A DNA stretch of 64,000 nt. It comes from Cyanobacteriota bacterium (lineage in GTDB: Bacteria; Acidobacteriota; Vicinamibacteria; Vicinamibacterales; UBA2999). The translations under genes and the position numbers were made by a program. This document shows, one piece after another, positions 27,058-35,722 of this stretch. The stretch lies in contig JAIEMQ010000002.1 in the NCBI GenBank assembly GCA_019752015.1, positions 31,869 through 95,868 of the forward strand, in the 5' to 3' direction. Each line of letters begins with the position of its first letter. Within the stretch, counting starts at the first letter, position 1. The notes under the pieces were generated by a model. The model did no database searches, was not told where the DNA came from, and saw nothing but the letters and a program-made list of their open reading frames with translations.

Positions 27058-28890
27058 ATGGCGACGGCAACGAGCGAAACGGTCAAGGGCGGCGCATGGC
27101 TGGTGGGAGAAACCGATCCGGCGACCGTGTTCACGCCGGAACAGCTCAGTGACGAGCACAAGCTGATTCGTCAGACCGCCCAGGAATTCATGAAGGGCGA
27201 AGTGCTGCCGGTCGTCGAGCGGCTCGAGAAGAAGGAGTGGTCGCTCAATCGCGAGCTGCTCAGGAAGTGCGGCGGCCTCGGCCTGCTCGGCACCAACATC
27301 CCGGAGGAATACGGCGGCGTCGATCTCGACAAGATCGCGACGATGATCGTCTCCGAGTGCATCGCGATGCAGGCGTCGTTCGCGACGACGTTCGGCGCGC
27401 AGGCTAACCTGACGATCCTGCCGATCTACATGTTCGGCACCGAAGCGCAGAAGAAGAAGTACCTGCCGGGCCTGGTCTCGGGTGAAATGGCCGGCGCCTA
27501 CGGCCTCAGCGAATCAGGCTCCGGCTCGGATGCGCTCGGCGCCAAGACGCGCGCCATGAAGCAGGCCGACGGCAGCTTCATCATGTCCGGTGAAAAGATG
27601 TGGATTAGCAATGGAGGCTTCGCCGACGTCTTCATTATCTTTGCGCAGGTAATTGACGGCGACCCTTCGACAAGCTCAGGGTCGGCCCGAGCGGAGTCGA
27701 GGGCCGAACACTTCACCGCCTTCATCGTCGAACGCAAGTGGCCGGGCGTCTCGAGCGGGAAGGAAGAGCACAAGCTCGGGCTCCACGGCTCGTCGACGAC
27801 GCCGATCATCCTGCAGGATGTGAAAGTGCCGGCCGATGCGGTGCTGGGCGAGATCGGCAAAGGCCACAAGGTCGCCTTCAACGTGCTGAACTTCGGCCGC
27901 TTCAAGCTGGGCGCGATGTGCTCCGGCGGCGTGAAGATCAACATCGAAGAGGCCGCCAAGTACGCGGCATCACGAAAACAGTTCAACACGCCGATCGCCA
28001 CGTTCGGCGCGATTAAGCACAAGCTCGGCGAGATGACGACTCGACAGTACGCGCTCGAGAGCATGATGTATCGCACCGCCGGGCTGATCGAGCAGCGGAT
28101 TGCCGCGACGCCGGACAAGAAGGCCAACGACGGCACGCCGATGCTGCTGGCCCTCGAGGAGTTCGCCGTCGAGGCGTCGATCGCCAAGGTGCTCGGCAGC
28201 GAGACCGTCGATTACACCATCGACGAGAACCTGCAGATCCACGGCGGCAACGGCTTCGTGCACGACTATCCGCCCGAGGGCCATTACCGCGATGCGCGCG
28301 TCAACCGCATCTTCGAAGGCACCAACGAGATCAACCGCCTGTTGATCCCGGGCATGCTGATGAAGAAGGCGATGAAGGGCGATGTGCCGTTGATGCAGGC
28401 CGCCAAGGCGCTGCAGGACGAGATCATGAACCCGTCGATGAGCATGCCCGACGACAGCGACGGCGTGCTGTCAGCCGAAGCGCGCGCGTGCGGCGCGTTC
28501 AAGAAAGTCGTGCTGATGGTCGCCGGCACCGCGATGCAGCGCTACGGCACCAAGCTCGAACAGGAGCAGGAAGTCCTGAGCTTCCTTGCGGACATCCTGA
28601 TTGACACGTATTCGGCTGAGAGCGCGGTGCTGCGCGCCCAGGCTGCGGCCGGCAGCAAGCTGTCGAATGCCGACCTGCACCAGGATGCCGCGAGGGTGGC
28701 GGTCAACGAGTCGGCAGGCCGGATTGAATTGTCGGCGCGCAACGCGCTCGCCGCGATGGCCGATGGCGACGTGCTCCGTACGCAACTGGCGGCACTGCGC
28801 CGGTTGTTGAAGGTGACGCCGTCGAATACCGTCGAGATGCGCCGGCGCCTGGCTGATGCGACGGTCGTGAAGGGCAGCTACATCTTCTAG
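27058..28890 (+). CDS. fadE: Acyl-CoA dehydrogenase
   Basis: RBS GAGGA; YGLSESGSGSD, GEKMWISNG, QIHGGNG, RIFEGTNEI. Confidence 0.93.
   Translation: MATATSETVKGGAWLVGETDPATVFTPEQLSDEHKLIRQTAQEFMKGEVLPVVERLEKKEWSLNRELLRKCGGLGLLGTNIPEEYGGVDLDKIATMIVSECIAMQASFATTFGAQANLTILPIYMFGTEAQKKKYLPGLVSGEMAGAYGLSESGSGSDALGAKTRAMKQADGSFIMSGEKMWISNGGFADVFIIFAQVIDGDPSTSSGSARAESRAEHFTAFIVERKWPGVSSGKEEHKLGLHGSSTTPIILQDVKVPADAVLGEIGKGHKVAFNVLNFGRFKLGAMCSGGVKINIEEAAKYAASRKQFNTPIATFGAIKHKLGEMTTRQYALESMMYRTAGLIEQRIAATPDKKANDGTPMLLALEEFAVEASIAKVLGSETVDYTIDENLQIHGGNGFVHDYPPEGHYRDARVNRIFEGTNEINRLLIPGMLMKKAMKGDVPLMQAAKALQDEIMNPSMSMPDDSDGVLSAEARACGAFKKVVLMVAGTAMQRYGTKLEQEQEVLSFLADILIDTYSAESAVLRAQAAAGSKLSNADLHQDAARVAVNESAGRIELSARNALAAMADGDVLRTQLAALRRLLKVTPSNTVEMRRRLADATVVKGSYIF
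27661..27705 (+). repeat. Palindromic repeat family C (CCCTTCGACAAGCTCAGGG...) inside fadE
   Basis: gacccttcgacaagctcagggtcggcccgagcggagtcgagggcc; related starts at 11284 and 54903. Confidence 0.75.
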
Positions 28891-28930
28891 GACGACGGCT
28901 TCGTGGTCAGTCCTAGGCGATGTTTCTAAC

Positions 28931-28957
28931 GGACGGACGGCGGTATGCCGTCCGTCC
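28931..28957. terminator. Hairpin between convergent genes
   Basis: GGACGGACGGC-GGTAT-GCCGTCCGTCC, a perfect 11-bp stem; no strong U-tract. Confidence 0.55.
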
Positions 28958-28993
28958 AAGTCAGTCGCGTCTGCAGCCCGAATCGTAAACCCG

Positions 28994-31900
28994 TTACGGA
29001 TTTATCGTCCCAGTTGTAATCACCCAAACGTCGTACGTGACATTAGAGGCGTTCAAGGCGCTACCGACGGTGATCTTGTCGGTCCCGAGAGCGGTAATTG
29101 AATTCGACACAGCATTACCCGTATCGGTACGCCGTCCGGTCGTGTCCCCATTAACGCGGTACACTTTCGCCACTGCAGTTGTCGGGACTACCAGTGCAAA
29201 CTCAGGCGTCGAACCGCTCAGACTTAATGCTATGTCCCGTGACGAAGTGCCGTCTCCCACATACGAAGTCACCGCCATCAGTCTCGTGGATGAAACACCG
29301 TCGCTCACTCTGCCTGCCCAAAACGCGTGATCGCCGCTACCGTGACCGATTAGAGTTCCAAACTGTACCGTGCCTGCGCCAAGGGCTTGGATGCGGTCAG
29401 CATCTGAAGCCTGCGCGACTCCGAGCTTCGCCGTGAGATCACCGGTGTGACCGGGACCCCGATAGAGACTCGCCTTGGTCGAATCCGCACTGTTGCCAAA
29501 CGCCGCGCCACCGAAAATGAAATCTGGTGTGAAGTTCGAGAGCAAAGCACCACTCTGGGGATCCCTGAGTTTATGAGTGTAGTTGTCTTCTGCCAGCGGC
29601 TTCGACACAGCAAATGGAACCACGTAACGACCGGTTGGATCGAAAAGGGCAATGGCAACGTAGTCCACGCCGCTCACGTTGAACGAGCGCGACGCCCCAT
29701 CCACGACGTGCATCTTGCCTCTCTGGGGCCATATCCTCGAGAAGTTCGTCAGAGATGACGACATCCCCGCGGCACCTTGCCGTGACTCCCACCACCACAT
29801 TGGTTCGACGGCGGTTGAGGCATTCAGCGCCATGACGAGTACCGCGGTCGGGACTAGGTTGTTGCCAAAGTCAATCGTTTGGGCTGTCCCATTACCCGTG
29901 TAAGGCCGCTTGATCACTTGGGTCGTTCTGTCAGTGAACGGTTCGGGCTCCGGAGAGTCGTGTTCGACGATTAGGGCAACAGAAAAGAGCGAATTGGTAG
30001 CATTAACGCCATTAGTGACTCCAACTTCGACCACATCCGTCGTCGACCATCCAGACGTAGCCACTCGATACCAACGTGTGTCATTGCTGGCGAGAGTAAA
30101 GTCAGTCAAAGTGGTGTCCACACCGTTACGTCGGATGAACGCTTTGGTGGCCGCCGAGGCGGCTTGCATGCGCACCCCGACAAGCACGCTACCGATTTGA
30201 CCGCTGATGCCGCGCGACGCCATCGATTCCATACGATAGGAAATCTTCTCGCCTAGGACGCTGCTGCTTACTGAGAGAGGGAACGTGCCGTCTCCCGCAA
30301 TAATCGACCGCGCTCGCCAGTCTGGTCTTCCACCCGTCCACGCTGAGTAGGTCCCCGCATCGGCCGCCTGGAGGAGCGTAGAGCGCCAATTCGTCTCATA
30401 GGTTTCCATTGGATCCCCATGACTCTGCGCGCCTAAGAGCGCGGCCTTCCAGACATTCATCAATAATCCGTTCGTTGCTGCTGGAGATTTCAGTGAAGTG
30501 AACACTAGTGATGTTGTTCCACTCGCGACGTCTAGCCCCTTCGGGGTCGTTTCGCCACTTTGCCAAACACCGCCTGGGATGGCGCCGTACGTCACCACGG
30601 TCGCACCATCAAAGATCACTTGAGCCCAACTCGTCATGTTCTCCCAATCTGGATTCGGACTTGGGTGCACAGACTCTGAGTTATGTTCGAATCGCAATTG
30701 AAGGCTGTGCGGAGTGTTGAGTCCAAGGGCGGAGGACGTCCACAAAACTTGAGGCGTAGTCCGGCCTCCATCGTGCTTCACCACCAATTGACCGCTGGTC
30801 GTGATGTACGCCCTGATCGCGTTGGGGCCGCCAGCGCTCGTCTCGGTGCCTAAAAACTCTGCGTCAGCAATAGTCGGGTATCGCTCCACTTCAAACTCGA
30901 GAAATATGCCGCCTTGTTTCGGTTGATTAGGATTATTTCCAATAAAACTCGGTCCGTTCGTAAAACTGTCGACAGTGCCAGCACTTGCCTTCACGCCGAG
31001 TCGAAGACCCGTCGATGGCATGTCCGGATGAATCCACTTCCGTGCGGCCGCAGTCGCGCCAGTTTGGATGATGGTCGCACTTCCCGAGCCAGTGGGAACC
31101 TCCCAGCTCGTCGCTACCTTATGCGAGGTCGTCGTCACAGGATCTGGCGAGAGCAAGGACAGCGTCAGAGTTATCTCTCCGACGTTACTACCATCGGGGT
31201 CAACAATCACCTTGTAGGTACCTGTGACTGGCAATCTCACTTCAATCAGAGCTTTCATACCGACCCACGTGCCGGCAAGAAATGACCCATCAGGATTGCG
31301 GATATCGATTCGTCCCCAAGTGAAAGTGCCACCTGCGGCTTCCAGACGCGCTCTGTCGCCTGCTTTGCCATAGAACTTCAGTGTGTCGAAGCTATTTGTG
31401 ACTGTGATTTCGGCTGTCTTCGTTTTCGGCGCTTCGCGCCAGTTGCTAAAGAGCTTGCCCGATACACATCCGTCGGGATGGTACACGAGATATTCCCAAC
31501 CAGTTTGGTAGACGGCCGACCCCACATCATCTGTGTTAACCACGTATGGAAGGCCACCCGGATCGCAATCGCCCATGCCATCGATTCCGGAAGTGGCTCC
31601 TCCGACGTTGTTAGCATAAACATTGCCCCCTTCAATTCCGTCGATGACCATATTGGTCACCGTGTTGTAGACCACATTGCCGTAGACGTTGCCCACGTTA
31701 TGCGCTGTCCACTGAGGCTCCGTTTTCCACGGATGAGTGCCTAGAAGAAGGCCTATCGCAAGTTTATCGGGGACGAGCGTATAGATAGTGTTGTCGCGAA
31801 ATTCCGAGTTGGTATGTTCGCCGGGGGTAGCCGGCGGTTCGCTCGGTGAATTCCCGGGATTGAGTCCTGCGAACCCATACTTCCCTGTGTTGACAATAAT

Positions 31901-32842
31901 ATTGCCGGCTACAGTGCACGTATTAGATCCGAATATCGCGATTCCAATATCCGTATTGTCGACGAGTAGATTATTGGTGATGAAGCCGTTGTGGCACCAA
32001 AGCGCCGTTATGCCGTCAGACCATGGTGTCTCACCGTTGTCATGTTCGGTATAAACATCTCGCCCATTGCGAGCGATGTAATTGTTATCGACGTTGAAAT
32101 GCCCAAACAACCCGAGCCCGGAGCCGCAGAGTGCCTCAACGGAATGGTTGTAGGCGAAGATAAGTGGCGTACCGCCGGCAATGTAGTTGGGTCCTTGCAG
32201 GAGCAGATTTCCTGGATGACCATCGGCCCCGTCGTCGGAACAATCATCAATGACATCGGGCACCGTTCCTTTTCGGACACGCCAAGCCAAATTCGTGAGA
32301 TCGCCTGATTCTTGCGGCAAGTAATTCTGGCAGTCGCTCAACGAAGGGTTCGGGTCTGTCGCGTCCGTCTCCCCACATACTTGGTCCACCATTCCGTTAA
32401 ACTCGATGTAACGAATCACTACGTTTGGTGTCGGAATGTGCTCCTCCGTGCGCAGGATTCTGGCGAACAAATGCCGACCGGCGAGAATGCGCGCTCGAGC
32501 GTTCTCCGAGCCCCCGGCCGCCGTTAGTGTAGTGTTCGCCTTGATGTACAACCCCTTCAGATGGTCGTTGGGGTTTTGGTCAGTGGTATTTAGATCCGTA
32601 CCGTCAACGATGTATCCAGGAAAGGCGATTGTGAGGGAAATAGTGCCATTGTTCGCAGTTGCCCAGTCCAAACACGCCTGCAGCGCGGAATCATCTGGTT
32701 GCCAATCGGTCGGATCGCCGCAGGAAAGTGGTTGGGCAAACGCCGATTGCGCGAACATGGAAAGTATGGCGGCCAAGAGAAACGCCCGTGATATCGACAG
32801 ACGAAGTAATACTACTGCCGCATGACGTGTTGTTTGGAACAT
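28994..32842 (-). CDS. Large secreted protein: right-handed beta-helix, PPC-like domain, unknown C-terminal modules
   Basis: 1282-aa ORF; signal peptide ending AFA; Asn-ladder repeats (FITNNLLVDNTDIGIAI); RLPVTGTYKVIVD; lower-GC codon usage. Confidence 0.7.
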   Translation of the reverse strand: MFQTTRHAAVVLLRLSISRAFLLAAILSMFAQSAFAQPLSCGDPTDWQPDDSALQACLDWATANNGTISLTIAFPGYIVDGTDLNTTDQNPNDHLKGLYIKANTTLTAAGGSENARARILAGRHLFARILRTEEHIPTPNVVIRYIEFNGMVDQVCGETDATDPNPSLSDCQNYLPQESGDLTNLAWRVRKGTVPDVIDDCSDDGADGHPGNLLLQGPNYIAGGTPLIFAYNHSVEALCGSGLGLFGHFNVDNNYIARNGRDVYTEHDNGETPWSDGITALWCHNGFITNNLLVDNTDIGIAIFGSNTCTVAGNIIVNTGKYGFAGLNPGNSPSEPPATPGEHTNSEFRDNTIYTLVPDKLAIGLLLGTHPWKTEPQWTAHNVGNVYGNVVYNTVTNMVIDGIEGGNVYANNVGGATSGIDGMGDCDPGGLPYVVNTDDVGSAVYQTGWEYLVYHPDGCVSGKLFSNWREAPKTKTAEITVTNSFDTLKFYGKAGDRARLEAAGGTFTWGRIDIRNPDGSFLAGTWVGMKALIEVRLPVTGTYKVIVDPDGSNVGEITLTLSLLSPDPVTTTSHKVATSWEVPTGSGSATIIQTGATAAARKWIHPDMPSTGLRLGVKASAGTVDSFTNGPSFIGNNPNQPKQGGIFLEFEVERYPTIADAEFLGTETSAGGPNAIRAYITTSGQLVVKHDGGRTTPQVLWTSSALGLNTPHSLQLRFEHNSESVHPSPNPDWENMTSWAQVIFDGATVVTYGAIPGGVWQSGETTPKGLDVASGTTSLVFTSLKSPAATNGLLMNVWKAALLGAQSHGDPMETYETNWRSTLLQAADAGTYSAWTGGRPDWRARSIIAGDGTFPLSVSSSVLGEKISYRMESMASRGISGQIGSVLVGVRMQAASAATKAFIRRNGVDTTLTDFTLASNDTRWYRVATSGWSTTDVVEVGVTNGVNATNSLFSVALIVEHDSPEPEPFTDRTTQVIKRPYTGNGTAQTIDFGNNLVPTAVLVMALNASTAVEPMWWWESRQGAAGMSSSLTNFSRIWPQRGKMHVVDGASRSFNVSGVDYVAIALFDPTGRYVVPFAVSKPLAEDNYTHKLRDPQSGALLSNFTPDFIFGGAAFGNSADSTKASLYRGPGHTGDLTAKLGVAQASDADRIQALGAGTVQFGTLIGHGSGDHAFWAGRVSDGVSSTRLMAVTSYVGDGTSSRDIALSLSGSTPEFALVVPTTAVAKVYRVNGDTTGRRTDTGNAVSNSITALGTDKITVGSALNASNVTYDVWVITTGTINP

Positions 32843-33129
32843 GAGGGGCCTCCTTGCTGAACATCAGCATATCAATAGACGACCTGCCTCTCGAAAACTC
32901 TCAGCCAACGGCCACGACTTGAATTGGACGATCGCCCAAACGTGTTGATGCAGAATCAGGGCGTTATTGCGGCGGCTGCGATCCGCTCAAGGGCCTCGTC
33001 GCTCGCAAAGACTGGATGCGAGTTCTCGTATTGCGCTCATGAATTTAACGACCGCTGCTGAATTCGCATCGGTATGCCGCATCGATCCAGTATCCTGCCG
33101 GAGTGCTGGCGCATACCCGGGAAGGTTCG

Positions 33130-34743
33130 ATGATTCGTGGGTTTTCGGTGGCGGTGATCGGATTCATAGCCGCAACCGTGATTCTCACATATCCACAAGC
33201 CGTCGCTCTCACGACGTCTGTGGGTCCGCACTATGATGCGCTGTTCAGCATCTGGCGGCTTGCGTGGATCGCCCACCAACTTCCGAATCATCCGCTCGAT
33301 TTATTCAACGCCAACATCTTCTACCCTGAGCAGCTCACACTCGCCTACTCTGACGCGCTGCTTTTGCAGGGCTTGATAGCCGCTCCGTTTCTGTGGATCG
33401 GGTTCAGCGCGGTGCTCGTCCATAACGTCATGCTGCTCGCGACGTTTGTGTTAAGCGGCGCGGCGATGTTTTGGCTGGTGCGTGAACTCACCAAATCTGA
33501 ATCGGCGGGTTTCGTCGCCGGGATGATTTTCGCGTTTCAACCGTATCGATTCGGACACTACACGCAACTTGAGCTCCTAAGCGGGTGGTGGATTCCAATC
33601 GCGTTCTGGTTATTCGAGCGCGCGATTGTGAGCGCATCGGTCGCGCGCTGGTCGTGGCTTGGCGCAATTATTGCGCTGCAAACACTGTCGAGCATTTACT
33701 ACGGAGTCTTCCTGGTGACCGCTCTTGGCATCCTGACCGTCGTGCGGCTGCCGCGAAGCGGGATCATGCCGTCAGCGGCAATGGCGAAGGCGGTGCTCAG
33801 CGGGGTATTAGTCGCGGCCGTGATGGTGATTCCGTACATGATTCCCTACCTGAGCACGCGGCACATTGTCGGCGAGCGCTCAATCGGGGAGGTCACCAAC
33901 TGGAGCCCTCATCTCAGCACCTATCTCGTGACGACGCGTGAGCACTGGCTTTACGGCGCCCGGCTCGGCGACCTCGCGCATCCCGAAGGAATTTTGTTTC
34001 CTGGTTTGACAGCAGTGACGCTCGCGTTGATGGGAGCGGTGCCACCAAGCAATCGGCTGCGAATCGCTTACGTTGTCCTCTTATTGCTCGCGTTCGACTT
34101 GTCCCTCGGTTTCAACGGACTCACATACCCACTCTTATATGAGGTGGCATTACCGTACCGAGGCCTGCGCGCTCCCGGCCGATTGTTCGTTATCGTTTCG
34201 GCGGCACTCAGCGTCTTGGCGGGCTGGGGTTTCGTTCGGATCGCGGAGTCCTGCCGCAGTCGCTTGCAACGCGTGTTAGTCGCGGCGGTTGCAGTGACGC
34301 TAATTGCGGCCGAAAGCGCCACGATGCCGATGAGTCTCGTACCGGTGCCCACTCCCGACCCGGTCTATCGCTGGTTGGCGCAGCAACCGCCGAGCGTTGT
34401 ATTGGAATGGCCCTTCCCCAACACGAGCCGCCTAGGATTCACATTTGATCCGAACTACATGTATTTCTCAACGGGCCATTGGCACCGGCTGGTCAATGGC
34501 TACAGCGGGTTCCATCCGCCCTCGTACATCAAACTGCTGGATGGACTGACGCCGTTTCCGACCTCGACAGGCATAGAAGCCCTGCGCAAGCTTGGCGTTG
34601 AGTACCTGATCCTCCATAACGTGGAACCCGGTGAGTGGAACCGAGTCAACCAGGCCCTCCAACAGAGTCCCTCCGTGCGTCTCGTGCTGACTGATTCCGC
34701 GATGGAAGCCAACGTCGCGGTTTATCAAATCGTCGGCCGTTAA
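33130..34743 (+). CDS. Multi-TM GT-C/YfhO-like membrane protein
   Basis: LFNANIFYPEQLTLAYSD, FAFQPYRF, GLRAPGR, HWHRLVNGYSG; about 12 TM segments. Confidence 0.65.
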   Translation: MIRGFSVAVIGFIAATVILTYPQAVALTTSVGPHYDALFSIWRLAWIAHQLPNHPLDLFNANIFYPEQLTLAYSDALLLQGLIAAPFLWIGFSAVLVHNVMLLATFVLSGAAMFWLVRELTKSESAGFVAGMIFAFQPYRFGHYTQLELLSGWWIPIAFWLFERAIVSASVARWSWLGAIIALQTLSSIYYGVFLVTALGILTVVRLPRSGIMPSAAMAKAVLSGVLVAAVMVIPYMIPYLSTRHIVGERSIGEVTNWSPHLSTYLVTTREHWLYGARLGDLAHPEGILFPGLTAVTLALMGAVPPSNRLRIAYVVLLLLAFDLSLGFNGLTYPLLYEVALPYRGLRAPGRLFVIVSAALSVLAGWGFVRIAESCRSRLQRVLVAAVAVTLIAAESATMPMSLVPVPTPDPVYRWLAQQPPSVVLEWPFPNTSRLGFTFDPNYMYFSTGHWHRLVNGYSGFHPPSYIKLLDGLTPFPTSTGIEALRKLGVEYLILHNVEPGEWNRVNQALQQSPSVRLVLTDSAMEANVAVYQIVGR

Positions 34744-34750
34744 CCATCAG

Positions 34751-35065
34751 CTAACGCTGCAACAGGTAGGTCGCTTTCACTACGAACTGACGATCCTTCC
34801 TGCCGAAGATGTCCGCGGGCAGGCCGGTCTGCGACAGGTCGTTATAGACGATGTAGATGTCGCTGCCGGGGCGGTAGATGAAGTTGAAGCGCACGTTGTT
34901 CGAGACCTCGTGCGTCGAGGTGTTGTACTGCGTCAGGCTGCGGATCGTTGCGCGCGGCCCGGACTCGTGTTCAGCGTGAAGTACCACTCGTTCATCGAGT
35001 AGGCGCCGACCGGGACCGTCACGTTCGGGCGAATGCGGAACGGCACATCCAGCACATCGGAGCGT
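34751..35065 (-). pseudogene. Remnant of an outer-membrane DUF5916-type protein
   Basis: Two out-of-frame fragments, DVLDVPFRIRPNVTVPVGAYSMNEWYF and the C-terminal SLTQYN..NVRFNFIYRPGSDIYIVYND..FVVKATYL; no plausible 5' end. Confidence 0.6.
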
Positions 35066-35100
35066 GTTCTTCGCTGCGTCCTGTGTTACGATATTGTCTG

Positions 35101-35313
35101 ATGAGTCACACATTGACAATCCGTCTGGACCGGACGCTGGCCGACTGGCTCGAGCGCGAAGCGGCGCGCACCGGCGTTCCACAAGGAAGGATTATTCGCA
35201 ACGAGCTCGAGCGCGCCAGAAAGGCACGCGGCGCCCGTCCGTTCATGCGGCTGGCCGGGACTGTCGACCGGGCGAAAGACCTGTCGGCGCGCAAAGGCTT
35301 CTCACGCGGATGA
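35101..35313 (+). CDS. RHH/CopG-type antitoxin
   Basis: 70 aa; HTLTIRLD beta strand followed by helices; ATGA-coupled to a PIN toxin. Confidence 0.8.
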   Translation: MSHTLTIRLDRTLADWLEREAARTGVPQGRIIRNELERARKARGARPFMRLAGTVDRAKDLSARKGFSRG

Positions 35314-35717
35314 CCGGGATCGCCGATACCGGTTTTCTGGTGGCGTTCGCCAATCGCGGCGATCTTCACCACCGGTGGTCGGTGGAGGTCGCCGCACAGA
35401 TCGACGAGCCCCTGCTGACCTGCGAAGCCGTGCTCGCCGAAGCGGCCTTTCACCTGCAGAGCGTGCCGATTGTCCTGGCGATGATTGCCGAGGGGCTCGT
35501 CACCTTGTCATTCGCCGCTAACGATCACCTTCCCCAGCTGGCGGTGTTGGCGAAACGCTATCAGGATCGATCGCCTGACCTCGCGGACCTATGCATCATT
35601 CGGATGAGCGAGCTATACCCGCGGCATCCGGTTATTACGGTCGACCGCGAGGACTTCCGCGTCTACCGCCGCAACAAACGCGAAATGATTCCGCTGGTGT
35701 GTCCGCCGGCGCTGTGA
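35310..35717 (+). CDS. PIN-domain toxin (VapC-like)
   Basis: ADTGFLVA, VLAE, DLADL, TVDREDF acidic PIN motifs. Confidence 0.85.
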   Translation: MTGIADTGFLVAFANRGDLHHRWSVEVAAQIDEPLLTCEAVLAEAAFHLQSVPIVLAMIAEGLVTLSFAANDHLPQLAVLAKRYQDRSPDLADLCIIRMSELYPRHPVITVDREDFRVYRRNKREMIPLVCPPAL

Positions 35718-35722
35718 AAAGG

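Noticed and set aside
28960-35722. Prophage or integrative element
   Set aside because: No integrase, att repeats, tRNA or phage structural gene set seen.
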